The notes beneath the pieces were generated by a model that was not told the origin of the DNA, did not search any database, and saw only the letters and a list, made by a program, of their open reading frames with translations. A DNA stretch of 44,111 nucleotides from a virus (lineage: Duplodnaviria; Caudoviricetes): the IMG/VR virus record IMGVR_UViG_3300034990_000013, positions 1 to 44,111 of that record; one strand, written 5' to 3'. Of this stretch, positions 26,016-35,028 are shown piece after piece. The first letter of the stretch is position 1, and each line of letters begins with the position of its first letter. Position numbers and translations under genes: made by a program.

Positions 26016-27362
26016 ATGCCTACACTTATAAGACCACGTTCACAATCAGCTGAAGTAACAGAAATACTAAATCGTTTCGGCGCCGGCATAGACCGTTTCG
26101 CAGAAGCTAAACGTCTGGCTGAAGATGAAGAAAGAAAACGTATTAGATTTGAAAGGCAAAAAAAAGGGTTTGATGTTTTAGATGAAATTTCAACTATTGA
26201 AGAGCAAGGAACAAGTAATGCTCCTGCGCCTGGTACTGAAGGGCCGCCCTCTCCTGATGTTATGGAAAAACGGGATCAAATAAGTTTAGATACGCGAGAT
26301 CGTTTAATCGCTAAATATGGGCGCATAAAAGGCAAACCGGAAACTTTTGAGTCGGTAAGCTCAAAAAGAAAATCTCTAGACGCTTTAGGGCTTTCCGATA
26401 AAGAAAAAGCCGCTTTTAATTTAACAGGGGAATTACCTAAACCTCCACGCATATCATTAAGCGGAGATATGAAACCTGAAGAAGCTAAACGCCATTTAGC
26501 TTCAGGTGAAGAGTTCACAAAAGAGCAACAAACATTCTTAAAAGAGATAGCGTTTCCTGAAGAGTCTTTTGCTTCCCAATTTGCACGTGGTCTTGTTGAA
26601 GCGGAAAAATTAAAAATAATGGGTGAAGAGACAAAAATAAAAGGCGCTCTTCAAAAACGGGCAACGGAACTTAAACGAGATGTAGGTAAAACTCTCAACG
26701 CTTTTTCCCTTATGTGGAAAAAGAAAAAACAACAACTTGATGAAGGATTTAAAGGCGGCGGAGTTATCGGACGCGGAATAAAATCAGTGGTAGGTGAAAC
26801 ACTTAAACCTGAATCATTGCCGGCTACTCAAGAATATCAAGGCCAATTAGTTGAAACGGCACTTTCTCAAAACAGAATTATCACCGGTTCTGTTCGAGTT
26901 ATTCAATCTGTTTTTGAAAAATTATTAGATTCATATCCTTCCAAACTTGATGGGGAAAGAGTAGCAATCGGTAAAATAGCTCAATCGGCTAGAAATACTA
27001 TGGGAATGGCTAAATCAGCTAGAGATCAAGGTTTACAGGCGGAAGTAAAACTTATTGAAACCAAAGACCCGAAATCTTTGGATGATCCTAACAGCGAAAT
27101 AAATAAAAAATTTTCTGAGCTTCTTCCATCTAAGTTGAATTTGCGGGATGAAATAGAGGTACAGAAAGGGCTTAAAAGGATATTCGGCCCTGATTACGAA
27201 AAACACAAACATGTTATGGTTGGGAATTCTGATTTTGGGGATGTTACTAACGTTGAAGCCTCACAAATAGATGATATAGAAGAGTTGATAAAAAGAGCTG
27301 AAGAAGGCGATCAACAGGCAGAGCAAGCGGTTAAAATGTTTTTACCAGGGATTAGATTCTAA
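26016..27362 (+). CDS. internal virion / ejection protein (putative)
   Basis: helical protein in the ejection cluster; start at MPTLIR after GGGAG. Confidence 0.6.
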   Translation: MPTLIRPRSQSAEVTEILNRFGAGIDRFAEAKRLAEDEERKRIRFERQKKGFDVLDEISTIEEQGTSNAPAPGTEGPPSPDVMEKRDQISLDTRDRLIAKYGRIKGKPETFESVSSKRKSLDALGLSDKEKAAFNLTGELPKPPRISLSGDMKPEEAKRHLASGEEFTKEQQTFLKEIAFPEESFASQFARGLVEAEKLKIMGEETKIKGALQKRATELKRDVGKTLNAFSLMWKKKKQQLDEGFKGGGVIGRGIKSVVGETLKPESLPATQEYQGQLVETALSQNRIITGSVRVIQSVFEKLLDSYPSKLDGERVAIGKIAQSARNTMGMAKSARDQGLQAEVKLIETKDPKSLDDPNSEINKKFSELLPSKLNLRDEIEVQKGLKRIFGPDYEKHKHVMVGNSDFGDVTNVEASQIDDIEELIKRAEEGDQQAEQAVKMFLPGIRF

Positions 27363-28909
27363 TGGCTGAAAGCACTAACGATATAATTTCCAGGCTTATG
27401 AACAGAAATGTTAAAAACAGGTCTATACAGGATGAAGAAGAGCAGATTCAGAAAAGCTCTCCTGTTAAAACAACGCCTATAAGTTTTGAAACTCCTATAC
27501 GTTCACCGGAAAGATTAGGGCAAGAAAGTACTTCGGTTACGGAAAAGCCTGTTTTAAGAAAACCCGGAACTGATATATCAAAATCCAGCTTTGAAAATTT
27601 TGAAAACCCTATACAAACAGCGCAAAGAATAGGGCCGGCGACTTCAGAGCAAACTAAAAAAGCTATGGGGTTGATTTTTCCGACCGCCTCTAAAGCTCCA
27701 ACATTAGGGCGAAAAATAGCTGGCGGGGTTTCTGATGTTTTAACTTTTCCGGCGAGATCCTTTTATGGCGGTAAAAGAAGCATAGAAGCTGAACCGGGTA
27801 AAGAAGCTGAAGCTTTTGAAAAAGGAATGACTGAAAAAGGAGAAGGGTTTGTTGAAAAAACTTTAAAAGACCCTAGAACTACCGCCGCTGTCGGCGCCGC
27901 CGCTGCAACTGGCGGAATGAGTTTTTTACCCACTATAGCCACTGAAGCGGCTGCGGTAATGGGAGCAGGACAAGCTAAATCTTTCGCTGAAGAAGGGAAA
28001 GCAGATCCGGTAGAAGCAGGAATCGACGGATTATTAACTTCTATTGCCCCCGGCATAGGCAAAGCTTTAAGCGTTACAGGACGAAAAATATTCACTTCAG
28101 CTTTAAAAGCTTCCAAAAATGCTCTTAAAGGGGTTAAAGCTGGAAAATATCCTGCGGGAACAAGGGCGCAGCTTACAGAAAAAGCTTTTGAAAAAAATAT
28201 GGCCGGTTCTTTTAATAAATTCTCTCAAAAAGTCGATGATAAATTATCAACTTTAGACGCTGATTTAGATAAAAAGACAGCGGAAAGTTTGAAAGAAATA
28301 AACGCGAAAAATATATTGGATAACGCTGAAAAAAGTATTGATAACATACTTAAAAAAGGGGAAGGCCCTTCAGCGCTATTCCAAGACGCTAAAGCCGTAA
28401 AAAGGCAAGTAGCTTTCGAAAAGAGAAATCTTGAAGAAATATCCGAATCCGGAATGTTAACACCGCAACAATTTCGTAAATGGAAAACTTCATTAGGCAA
28501 AAAAGGTAAATTTAATGTGAACGATAATCAAACTATGACCAGTAAAAAATCAGCGTCTAATCAGATTTTTGAAGCGGCACGTAAATACCAAGTTGATAAT
28601 GTCCCCGGCGCAAAAGCATTAAATAAAGAAATGTCTGAGCTTATTCCTGTTTCAATCGCTTTGAAAGACGCTGCTATCCGAACAAGCGGTAATTACCCTA
28701 TAGGGCTTAGAGAAGTCATTGCTGCTGTTCCTGCAGTAGCCGGACATGTAGGTTCCAGCCTTGGTTTTGTTTCGGCTGTGCGCGCTACAAGCAGCGCCAC
28801 AACAGGAGCCGCAGCGGGTAAGCTTGGAGATGTTATTTTAAAAACACAAAAAGGAATACCCGGAGTATTACAACGTAGAGGTATAAGTTCAACATTAAAA
28901 GGTGAATAA
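27362..28909 (+). CDS. internal virion / ejection protein (putative)
   Basis: Ala/Gly-rich hydrophobic segments (AAVGAAAATGGMSFL). Confidence 0.6.
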   Translation: MAESTNDIISRLMNRNVKNRSIQDEEEQIQKSSPVKTTPISFETPIRSPERLGQESTSVTEKPVLRKPGTDISKSSFENFENPIQTAQRIGPATSEQTKKAMGLIFPTASKAPTLGRKIAGGVSDVLTFPARSFYGGKRSIEAEPGKEAEAFEKGMTEKGEGFVEKTLKDPRTTAAVGAAAATGGMSFLPTIATEAAAVMGAGQAKSFAEEGKADPVEAGIDGLLTSIAPGIGKALSVTGRKIFTSALKASKNALKGVKAGKYPAGTRAQLTEKAFEKNMAGSFNKFSQKVDDKLSTLDADLDKKTAESLKEINAKNILDNAEKSIDNILKKGEGPSALFQDAKAVKRQVAFEKRNLEEISESGMLTPQQFRKWKTSLGKKGKFNVNDNQTMTSKKSASNQIFEAARKYQVDNVPGAKALNKEMSELIPVSIALKDAAIRTSGNYPIGLREVIAAVPAVAGHVGSSLGFVSAVRATSSATTGAAAGKLGDVILKTQKGIPGVLQRRGISSTLKGE

Positions 28910-29270
28910 AATGAACACTAAAAAAGCTTCGGCTTACATCGAAAAGATTAAAAACACTTCGGCCTTTGTCTGGTCGATACGCCTTTTAGTTATTGCGCTA
29001 TTCGGCACAAGCGCTGGACTTATAACGTATGCCAAAGAGGTTACCGGTTTCTTAGCAAGGGATACGGTAAAAGAAATAGTCAGTGATTCTTTACAAGCGG
29101 CTAAACAGGAAATGGGCGCCCAATTGGATAAAGTTCAAAAACAACAGGATAATATGATTGTTCTCATGATGCAAGCGTTTCCGGAATTTAAACAAGCGGC
29201 TGAAGAAAAAGCAGCACGTGAACAAAATAATGAAACACTTTTAAACGCAATAAAAGGAGATAAACAATGA
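28902..29270 (+). CDS. single-pass membrane protein with coiled coil (possible lysis accessory)
   Basis: TM segment LLVIALFGTSAGLITYA followed by a helical domain. Confidence 0.65.
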   Translation: MNKMNTKKASAYIEKIKNTSAFVWSIRLLVIALFGTSAGLITYAKEVTGFLARDTVKEIVSDSLQAAKQEMGAQLDKVQKQQDNMIVLMMQAFPEFKQAAEEKAAREQNNETLLNAIKGDKQ

Positions 29271-29860
29271 GATATTTATTTTTTATTTTATTTCTAGTGG
29301 CTTTTTGTTTTGCCGGCACTCATACCCGTCAAGGGGATCGAAATGTGGCTTATATGCAGTCAGTTTATTTTGATCCTGGAAGTTCTGACACTGATTCAGG
29401 TACAACAGTTCTGCTTTATAACAGTAATATTTATGTTGACTCTGGTGGTGTATGGAAACAGATAAATGGAACAGCGGATAGTTGCAGTTATCCTTTTTAT
29501 TTGACTGACCCATCCGGAAACCTGTATCCGCAAACTGTTAAATCTATCATGGTAACATCTACCAGTATAAGAGATGATAGTAATGCTGTGCAATTTAATA
29601 TTGAATCAAGGGAACGCTATTGGGATTTAGCTTTCGGGTGGACTTGGGACACTTGGGTGAAATCATTACATGAACAAAGTGATGGTAATGTAATTATATT
29701 GGACACTTTAAAAACGGTTGACAGTGATAGCGCAATAGCTACTAGACACAAACTCAATTTTTCTCGTACCGGTGTTCAAGCCCGGATTTGTCCGAAAATT
29801 CCAGGAGGTACGGCTACGGACAGTGTTCAATTTTCAAACTTTAGATATTTAGGGAGGTGA
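29267..29860 (+). CDS. beta-rich protein with Sec-type signal peptide
   Basis: MRYLFFILFLVAFCFA|GT. Confidence 0.85.
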   Translation: MRYLFFILFLVAFCFAGTHTRQGDRNVAYMQSVYFDPGSSDTDSGTTVLLYNSNIYVDSGGVWKQINGTADSCSYPFYLTDPSGNLYPQTVKSIMVTSTSIRDDSNAVQFNIESRERYWDLAFGWTWDTWVKSLHEQSDGNVIILDTLKTVDSDSAIATRHKLNFSRTGVQARICPKIPGGTATDSVQFSNFRYLGR

Positions 29861-29866
29861 TTACAA

Positions 29867-30022
29867 ATGGAATGGCAGGAAATCGGAATTGTTGTTATGG
29901 CTATATTTGGAGCAGCACAAGCCATAGTTAGGTTGACTCCAACCCCTAAAGACGATAAAATAGTCTCCAAAATAGGTAAAATTCTCAACGCTATTTTTTC
30001 AGCAACAAGAACAAAAAAATAG
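29867..30022 (+). CDS. 51-aa holin-like membrane protein (not in ORF track)
   Basis: MEWQEIGIVVMAIFGAAQAIVRLTPTPKDDKIVSKIGKILNAIFSATRTKK; GGGAGG RBS; TM plus TPTPKDD motif. Confidence 0.75.
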   Translation: MEWQEIGIVVMAIFGAAQAIVRLTPTPKDDKIVSKIGKILNAIFSATRTKK

Positions 30023-30023
30023 A

Positions 30024-30053
30024 TTGCAAAAATGTTTTTTTATTGGTTATAAT
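30024..30053 (+). promoter_or_regulatory. sigma70-type promoter with no substantial downstream ORF
   Basis: TTGCAA-N18-TATAAT. Confidence 0.6.
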
Positions 30054-30175
30054 AATAGAGACTGTTATTTATCCGGCTAAAAAGCCTTTACGAAATAAAA
30101 AACGTAATCTTTTAATTACAAGCCTGGAAGGGGGGATATGAAGTAAAAGAAATTATAAAGAATTAGTATTTTATT

Positions 30176-30205
30176 AGCCCTAGATTGTCTAGGGCTTTTC
30201 ATTTT
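30176..30205. terminator. terminator between convergent late and replication units
   Basis: AGCCCTAGA-ttg-TCTAGGGCT followed by tttcatttt. Confidence 0.85.
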
Positions 30206-30509
30206 AATATTCGTAATGGTTTCCATCAGGTTTTTTAAACCGGCCTCCCCAAGTTCCCCCTAATTCTTCCCAATACTCCCCGAGAAATTTGTGAGATCTG
30301 GTAGAGCGTAAATATTTCCCATTTTTAAATAAATTAAAATCAACAGCTAATCTTTTTGAATGTTTACCGTTTTTTATCCCATAAGGACATCGGGGATCAC
30401 GGTAAGCATCTCCAAAAGTGAGTTCATAACCTTCTAGATAAGCATACCATATTAAATCAGATATCATAAAGGCGAAATCTGATTGTTTTTGTCTTAAAGT
30501 CTTTTTCAT
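30204..30509 (-). CDS. M15-family peptidase (endolysin candidate)
   Basis: H..RLAVD, WGGRF and DGNHYE zinc-binding pattern. Confidence 0.88.
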   Translation of the reverse strand: MKKTLRQKQSDFAFMISDLIWYAYLEGYELTFGDAYRDPRCPYGIKNGKHSKRLAVDFNLFKNGKYLRSTRSHKFLGEYWEELGGTWGGRFKKPDGNHYEY

Positions 30510-30510
30510 A

Positions 30511-31977
30511 TTATTTACTCCTTTTTAAAGCTTTTAAAAGTTGTTTTTGGGTCCAATCTTTTTGAGCTATTCCTTTCATTACAAGGGAATCTGCTTTACC
30601 TTTAACGATTAAATAGTAAATAAGAACTTCCTGTTTTTGCCCTGGTCTGTGAAGACGTTTATTTAGCTGTTTATTAAGGTCCAGAGCCCAGTTTAGTCCA
30701 AACCATACCAAAACCCGGCCGGGACCTTTTTGAAGGTTTAAGCCGTGCCCTGCGCTGTCTGGATGGGCAAACATTAAAGGGATCTCACCAGCGTTCCATT
30801 TTTCCACGGCATTCGGTATTTTTCGAATATCATCCCCTTCCGGAAACCATTTTTTCAATCTGATTAATTCATGTTTAAAATTATAACCGACTAAAACAGG
30901 TTCCCCACGGTGTTTTTTAATTATATCCCGCAAAGCAATTAATTTTTGCGGGTGGATATCGATAAATTCTTTATTTTCATCATAAACAGCACCACCACAA
31001 ACTTGTAAGAGTTTTCCTGACAAAACACCGGCGTTTGGTGCTTCTACCTCTTTCCCCTCCATACAGAGAAGCCAATCATTTTTAAATCTTTTATATAAAT
31101 TTTCAGCTTTTTCAGATAAAGTTATATTAATTTCGATATGATGAATTTTAGGAATAACCGCTTCGGAAGGGATAGCTATACAGATATCTTTAATCTTTTT
31201 ATGGATTATTTCAGCTGACCCTTTTTTAAGTTCCCACCCAAAACCGTGGAATTTTTGACTAAAATATTTCTCTCTGTATTGTGTAACGGTTCGCTCAAGT
31301 CTTTTCCCACAATCTAAAGTAAAAATCATGGGCCACAAATCTAAAAGTTCTTTACTTGAAGGTGTCCCGGTAAGGTGCACCAAACGCTTTATTTTAGGCC
31401 TCACAGAGCACAAGGCGCCGAATCTGGAATATCTAGCCGGTGGTTGCTTAAAACGCTTACAGAGAACAGTACAGCTTCTCATAGTACCTTCTTTTTTTTC
31501 ATATACCGGGCAGATATTCATATAACAGCAAACAGCTGTTTTTAAATAATTTTTACGCTTTGCTGATTTAAAGCCTTTAGCGTCGTCAAAAATAATCATT
31601 TCATAAGGCCAATTTAAACCGGTCTTCTCTGTGAGCCACACGAAATTTTCCTGATTAATTATGTGGATAGGAACGTTACTTTCAAGTTTTTTTAAACGTT
31701 GATTCGCATTACCTAAAATCAATTGATACCTGATATCCGCTGTATGAGCCCAAGATTTTACCTCATTGGGCCACGTTTCCCGAGAAACCATTAATGTAGA
31801 AACAACCAAAGTACGCTTTATATTTTTTGATTTTATCAGTTTTTCAACAGCTGTTAAAACAGCTATGGTTTTACCGAAACCCATTTCAGAAAAAATGGCG
31901 CAAAAAGGATTATTGATAATAAAAGGAATGGTTTCTTTTTGGGAAACTCTTAAAAATGATTCTGGGATTTTATCCAT
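30511..31977 (-). CDS. SNF2-family helicase
   Basis: MGFGKT, FDDAK, LTGTP, AGHGLNLQ and RLHRPGQ motifs. Confidence 0.92.
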   Translation of the reverse strand: MDKIPESFLRVSQKETIPFIINNPFCAIFSEMGFGKTIAVLTAVEKLIKSKNIKRTLVVSTLMVSRETWPNEVKSWAHTADIRYQLILGNANQRLKKLESNVPIHIINQENFVWLTEKTGLNWPYEMIIFDDAKGFKSAKRKNYLKTAVCCYMNICPVYEKKEGTMRSCTVLCKRFKQPPARYSRFGALCSVRPKIKRLVHLTGTPSSKELLDLWPMIFTLDCGKRLERTVTQYREKYFSQKFHGFGWELKKGSAEIIHKKIKDICIAIPSEAVIPKIHHIEINITLSEKAENLYKRFKNDWLLCMEGKEVEAPNAGVLSGKLLQVCGGAVYDENKEFIDIHPQKLIALRDIIKKHRGEPVLVGYNFKHELIRLKKWFPEGDDIRKIPNAVEKWNAGEIPLMFAHPDSAGHGLNLQKGPGRVLVWFGLNWALDLNKQLNKRLHRPGQKQEVLIYYLIVKGKADSLVMKGIAQKDWTQKQLLKALKRSK

Positions 31978-32341
31978 GATAACCGTTAAAAGTTAAAATA
32001 CCGTATTTAACAGTTAAATCTATCTCTTTTTGTATTTTAACAGTGTGCTTTTTAACTAAATCAATTATATGATTCATGTGTTTTATTATGTTTTTAGCGT
32101 CGGATATATTGTCTACACAAAAGCAAGGAACGTTTACTTCAAACATTTCTTCAGCTCTTTTTTTCTGTAAGGCCCCTGGTAATTTACCTGATCTTTTATA
32201 CTCAATAAAAAACACCATTCCGTTTTTGAAGTATCGGTGATCTGAGGACCCCCTTCTACCCGGAATAACATTTTTTTCAGCTTTCCAACCTAATTCCTCA
32301 GCGTAAAGAGTACCTTCTTTTTCAACGAAATTTTCTAACAT
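31970..32341 (-). CDS. VRR-NUC nuclease
   Basis: E...G.SD...FIEYK...LQ PD-(D/E)xK pattern next to SNF2. Confidence 0.85.
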   Translation of the reverse strand: MLENFVEKEGTLYAEELGWKAEKNVIPGRRGSSDHRYFKNGMVFFIEYKRSGKLPGALQKKRAEEMFEVNVPCFCVDNISDAKNIIKHMNHIIDLVKKHTVKIQKEIDLTVKYGILTFNGYHG

Positions 32342-32344
32342 GTT

Positions 32345-32851
32345 TTACCTCAGAAAACTTAAATCTGTTTCGGTTTTCATAAATGATATCCAATGAGTTT
32401 TAGAGTTTTTTCCGCTCTTGTGCCCAAAGAGTGGTTTTTGCGGTGTTAATGATAGAATTTTTGATACTGGTTCATCTGTATCATTCCATTTAAATATTAA
32501 CGTACTGTTTATTTTTAATACTCTGAAACACTCTACAAATCCTTTTAACAATAAAGATTTCCAATTATCGGAGAGCTTTCCATATTTTTTAGCGCACCAG
32601 CTATTATGTCCAAGGCTATGTAAATGTGGTGGATCGAAAACAACCATTTCGAAAACTTCATCTTTAAATGGAATAGCTGTGAAATCTGCTTGTACTGTTG
32701 GGAATATGTTTATAATCCTTTTATGTTTTGGGCGATCTGTACGGTCATAAACAATCTTTTTGTTACGTTTATCCATGAAAATCACTCTATCATCCAGTTT
32801 ATTAAACCAGAATCCACGATTACTGCAACATACATCAAGTATTTTATACAC
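32345..32851 (-). CDS. SAM-dependent DNA amino-methyltransferase
   Basis: ILDVCC..R.FWF, FDPPH, ECFRVLK, LIFKW. Confidence 0.88.
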   Translation of the reverse strand: MYKILDVCCSNRGFWFNKLDDRVIFMDKRNKKIVYDRTDRPKHKRIINIFPTVQADFTAIPFKDEVFEMVVFDPPHLHSLGHNSWCAKKYGKLSDNWKSLLLKGFVECFRVLKINSTLIFKWNDTDEPVSKILSLTPQKPLFGHKSGKNSKTHWISFMKTETDLSFLR

Positions 32852-33468
32852 TAAAAAATATCATTTAATGTTTGCCATTTTTTAATTCCGGGAAGCTGTA
32901 TTGTTTTAACACCATTGGAAACTTCACCATGTTCTAATATGTGTTTAAAAAGCATTGCTTCGACATAAACATCTTGATATAGATAGTTTATAAGCTTCGC
33001 TAATTGGTGGGTTTGCCATAGGTCCGGAGCTTCGGCGCCGTCACTGTTTTTTGAAAAACCCAGTGTGGCTTTGGCTACATCGTTAAGTTTCCAACCGCTT
33101 GACTTTTTAACAGATCGAATATCTTGGAAAATATCATATATTTTTTCAGCATAACTCGGCATAGGTTTATAGCCGAAAGCTTGTAATGTTGCTTTTAAAA
33201 CACGTATATCAAAAGCTAAGATATTATAACCTGTTATGATATCAGCTTCGGCACATAAAAGATTAAAACAATCAAGATTGTTATTATCGAAAAAGGTTAT
33301 TTTGTTGTCCCAACTGGTATGAGCACCGAGAAACGAAATACCCATACCCAGATAGTCATCCCATCCGGAACAATAACATCTTTCTTTGTTTCTTAAAGAT
33401 GGGTTATCTTTTTCAGCTTTAGTCGGTATTTTATTTCTGGTTTCAATATCGAAAGTTAAAATTTTCAT
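32851..33468 (-). CDS. DnaQ/RNase H-like 3'-5' exonuclease
   Basis: FDIET, GYNILAFD and Y..QDV (ExoI-III). Confidence 0.85.
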   Translation of the reverse strand: MKILTFDIETRNKIPTKAEKDNPSLRNKERCYCSGWDDYLGMGISFLGAHTSWDNKITFFDNNNLDCFNLLCAEADIITGYNILAFDIRVLKATLQAFGYKPMPSYAEKIYDIFQDIRSVKKSSGWKLNDVAKATLGFSKNSDGAEAPDLWQTHQLAKLINYLYQDVYVEAMLFKHILEHGEVSNGVKTIQLPGIKKWQTLNDIF

Positions 33469-33473
33469 TTTTC

Positions 33474-34052
33474 TTATTCTCTACAGTCTAAAATGATAGC
33501 TTTTAAAAGGATTATATAATTTATTGCGTCACCAAATTTTTCATTTATTATAGCTTGTTTAGGTTCTAAACGACCTTCTAATAAATCTAAAACTGACACT
33601 ATATGTTTCATAAACATACCTAAAAGAGCTTCCTCATACGTTGTTTTATTTATAATGGCAGCTCGTTTAAAGTTATAAAGTCTGTCTTCTGTAGCATACT
33701 CTTTAGCCTTTTTCATTAAAATAATTTTTATAAACTCTATTCTTTTATTAACAATATAATTAAAGCTGTATCTTTTTTTTAGTAAGTATTCAGCTAATAT
33801 TAAATGAGGTATTATTTCATTAATCTTTATAAATTTAAATTTTTTTAAACTTATATCTGATTTAATTTCGAATAGATAATCTAATATTTTTATTTTTAAA
33901 ATAGTTAATATCGGTTCATTAGAAGCTTCAGCTATGTGTTTGATATTTTCTTCACACGATTGATAATCAAACCCGTTATTTACTGTGAAATCAAAAACTT
34001 TTATTTTTTCAATAACGTTTTTTACTATTTCGTTAAAAATTTCAATATTCAT
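33474..34052 (-). CDS. all-helical DUF1599/Nmad-like protein with a degenerate N-terminal duplicate
   Basis: KAKEYA...NFKRAA...KH...GDAINY in the C-terminal half. Confidence 0.65.
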   Translation of the reverse strand: MNIEIFNEIVKNVIEKIKVFDFTVNNGFDYQSCEENIKHIAEASNEPILTILKIKILDYLFEIKSDISLKKFKFIKINEIIPHLILAEYLLKKRYSFNYIVNKRIEFIKIILMKKAKEYATEDRLYNFKRAAIINKTTYEEALLGMFMKHIVSVLDLLEGRLEPKQAIINEKFGDAINYIILLKAIILDCRE

Positions 34053-34064
34053 TTTATTTTTCCT

Positions 34065-34271
34065 TTAATGAAAATAATTTTTGTTACTTAATATAAAAGA
34101 TAAAAAAACACTAAACCAATATTGTAAATGTAAATATGTAATATGAACACACTCTAATACTTTTTCTATAAAAGAAAAAAATATTAAAAATAAAGCGAAA
34201 GGTGATAAGATAATAAAAAAACCTATAACGAATAAAATCCAAAACGTTGTGTATGTTATTTTATTAAACAT
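34065..34271 (-). CDS. small hydrophobic membrane protein
   Basis: Phe/Ile/Leu-rich ORF within the operon. Confidence 0.55.
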   Translation of the reverse strand: MFNKITYTTFWILFVIGFFIILSPFALFLIFFSFIEKVLECVHITYLHLQYWFSVFLSFILSNKNYFH

Positions 34272-35028
34272 CTAATTTATACCTTTCAACATCTTCTGAA
34301 ATATGTATTAACTCAATACCAACTTCAGAAAACATTTTTTTAGAATTTTCACCAGCTTGATATCTTTTTTCACACACAACACGTTTTATTCCACAACTTA
34401 TTATAAGCCGGGCGCAAACTTCACAAGGGGTCATTTTACAATATAAAACAGCGTCTTTAAGAGGTATACCGTGTTTAGCGGCTTGACATATAGCGTTTTG
34501 CTCCGCATGTATGGTTCTAACGCAATGCTTTTTCATTTCACCGTTTTCATACTGAACTTTTCTAATTAAATGGCCTATTTCATCACAGTGTTTCATCCCT
34601 GGTGGTGAGCCGACATAACCAGTAACTAAAATTTGTTTGTCTTTTGTTATGACACAACCAGAGCGGCCTCGATCACATGTGGCTCTAGACGCAACTTCCT
34701 TAGATATGTTTATAAAATATTCATCCCAAGAAGGTCTAGAAGGTATGGTTTTTTGTTGTTCAGTGTGTGTGGATACTTGTCCTAAACATGAACAGCTATT
34801 TTCACTTATTAAATTTTTATTATAACTATTATCAAATATTTCAACACCATTACCACATTTAGGGCAACGTTTTGAATATAAAGATGTTGTAATAAGCAAC
34901 CCACAAGCGTTACATATAAAAGTGATTTCTTCTTTTTTGAAAACACGACCACAATTAATACATCTTGACGGTTTTTCAACAGAGAACCAAGTGTTACCAC
35001 ATTCACACGAATTATAAAATTTTGTCAT
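34264..35028 (-). CDS. dCMP deaminase with N-terminal zinc ribbons
   Basis: RPSWDEYF, RATC.R, HAEQNAI, PCEVC; N-terminal CxC and CxxC pairs. Confidence 0.93.
   Translation of the reverse strand: MTKFYNSCECGNTWFSVEKPSRCINCGRVFKKEEITFICNACGLLITTSLYSKRCPKCGNGVEIFDNSYNKNLISENSCSCLGQVSTHTEQQKTIPSRPSWDEYFINISKEVASRATCDRGRSGCVITKDKQILVTGYVGSPPGMKHCDEIGHLIRKVQYENGEMKKHCVRTIHAEQNAICQAAKHGIPLKDAVLYCKMTPCEVCARLIISCGIKRVVCEKRYQAGENSKKMFSEVGIELIHISEDVERYKLDV

Noticed and set aside
9656-29593. Many short minus-strand ORFs within the virion module
   Set aside because: They lie antisense to tightly packed, well-supported plus-strand genes and lack RBS or recognisable motifs.
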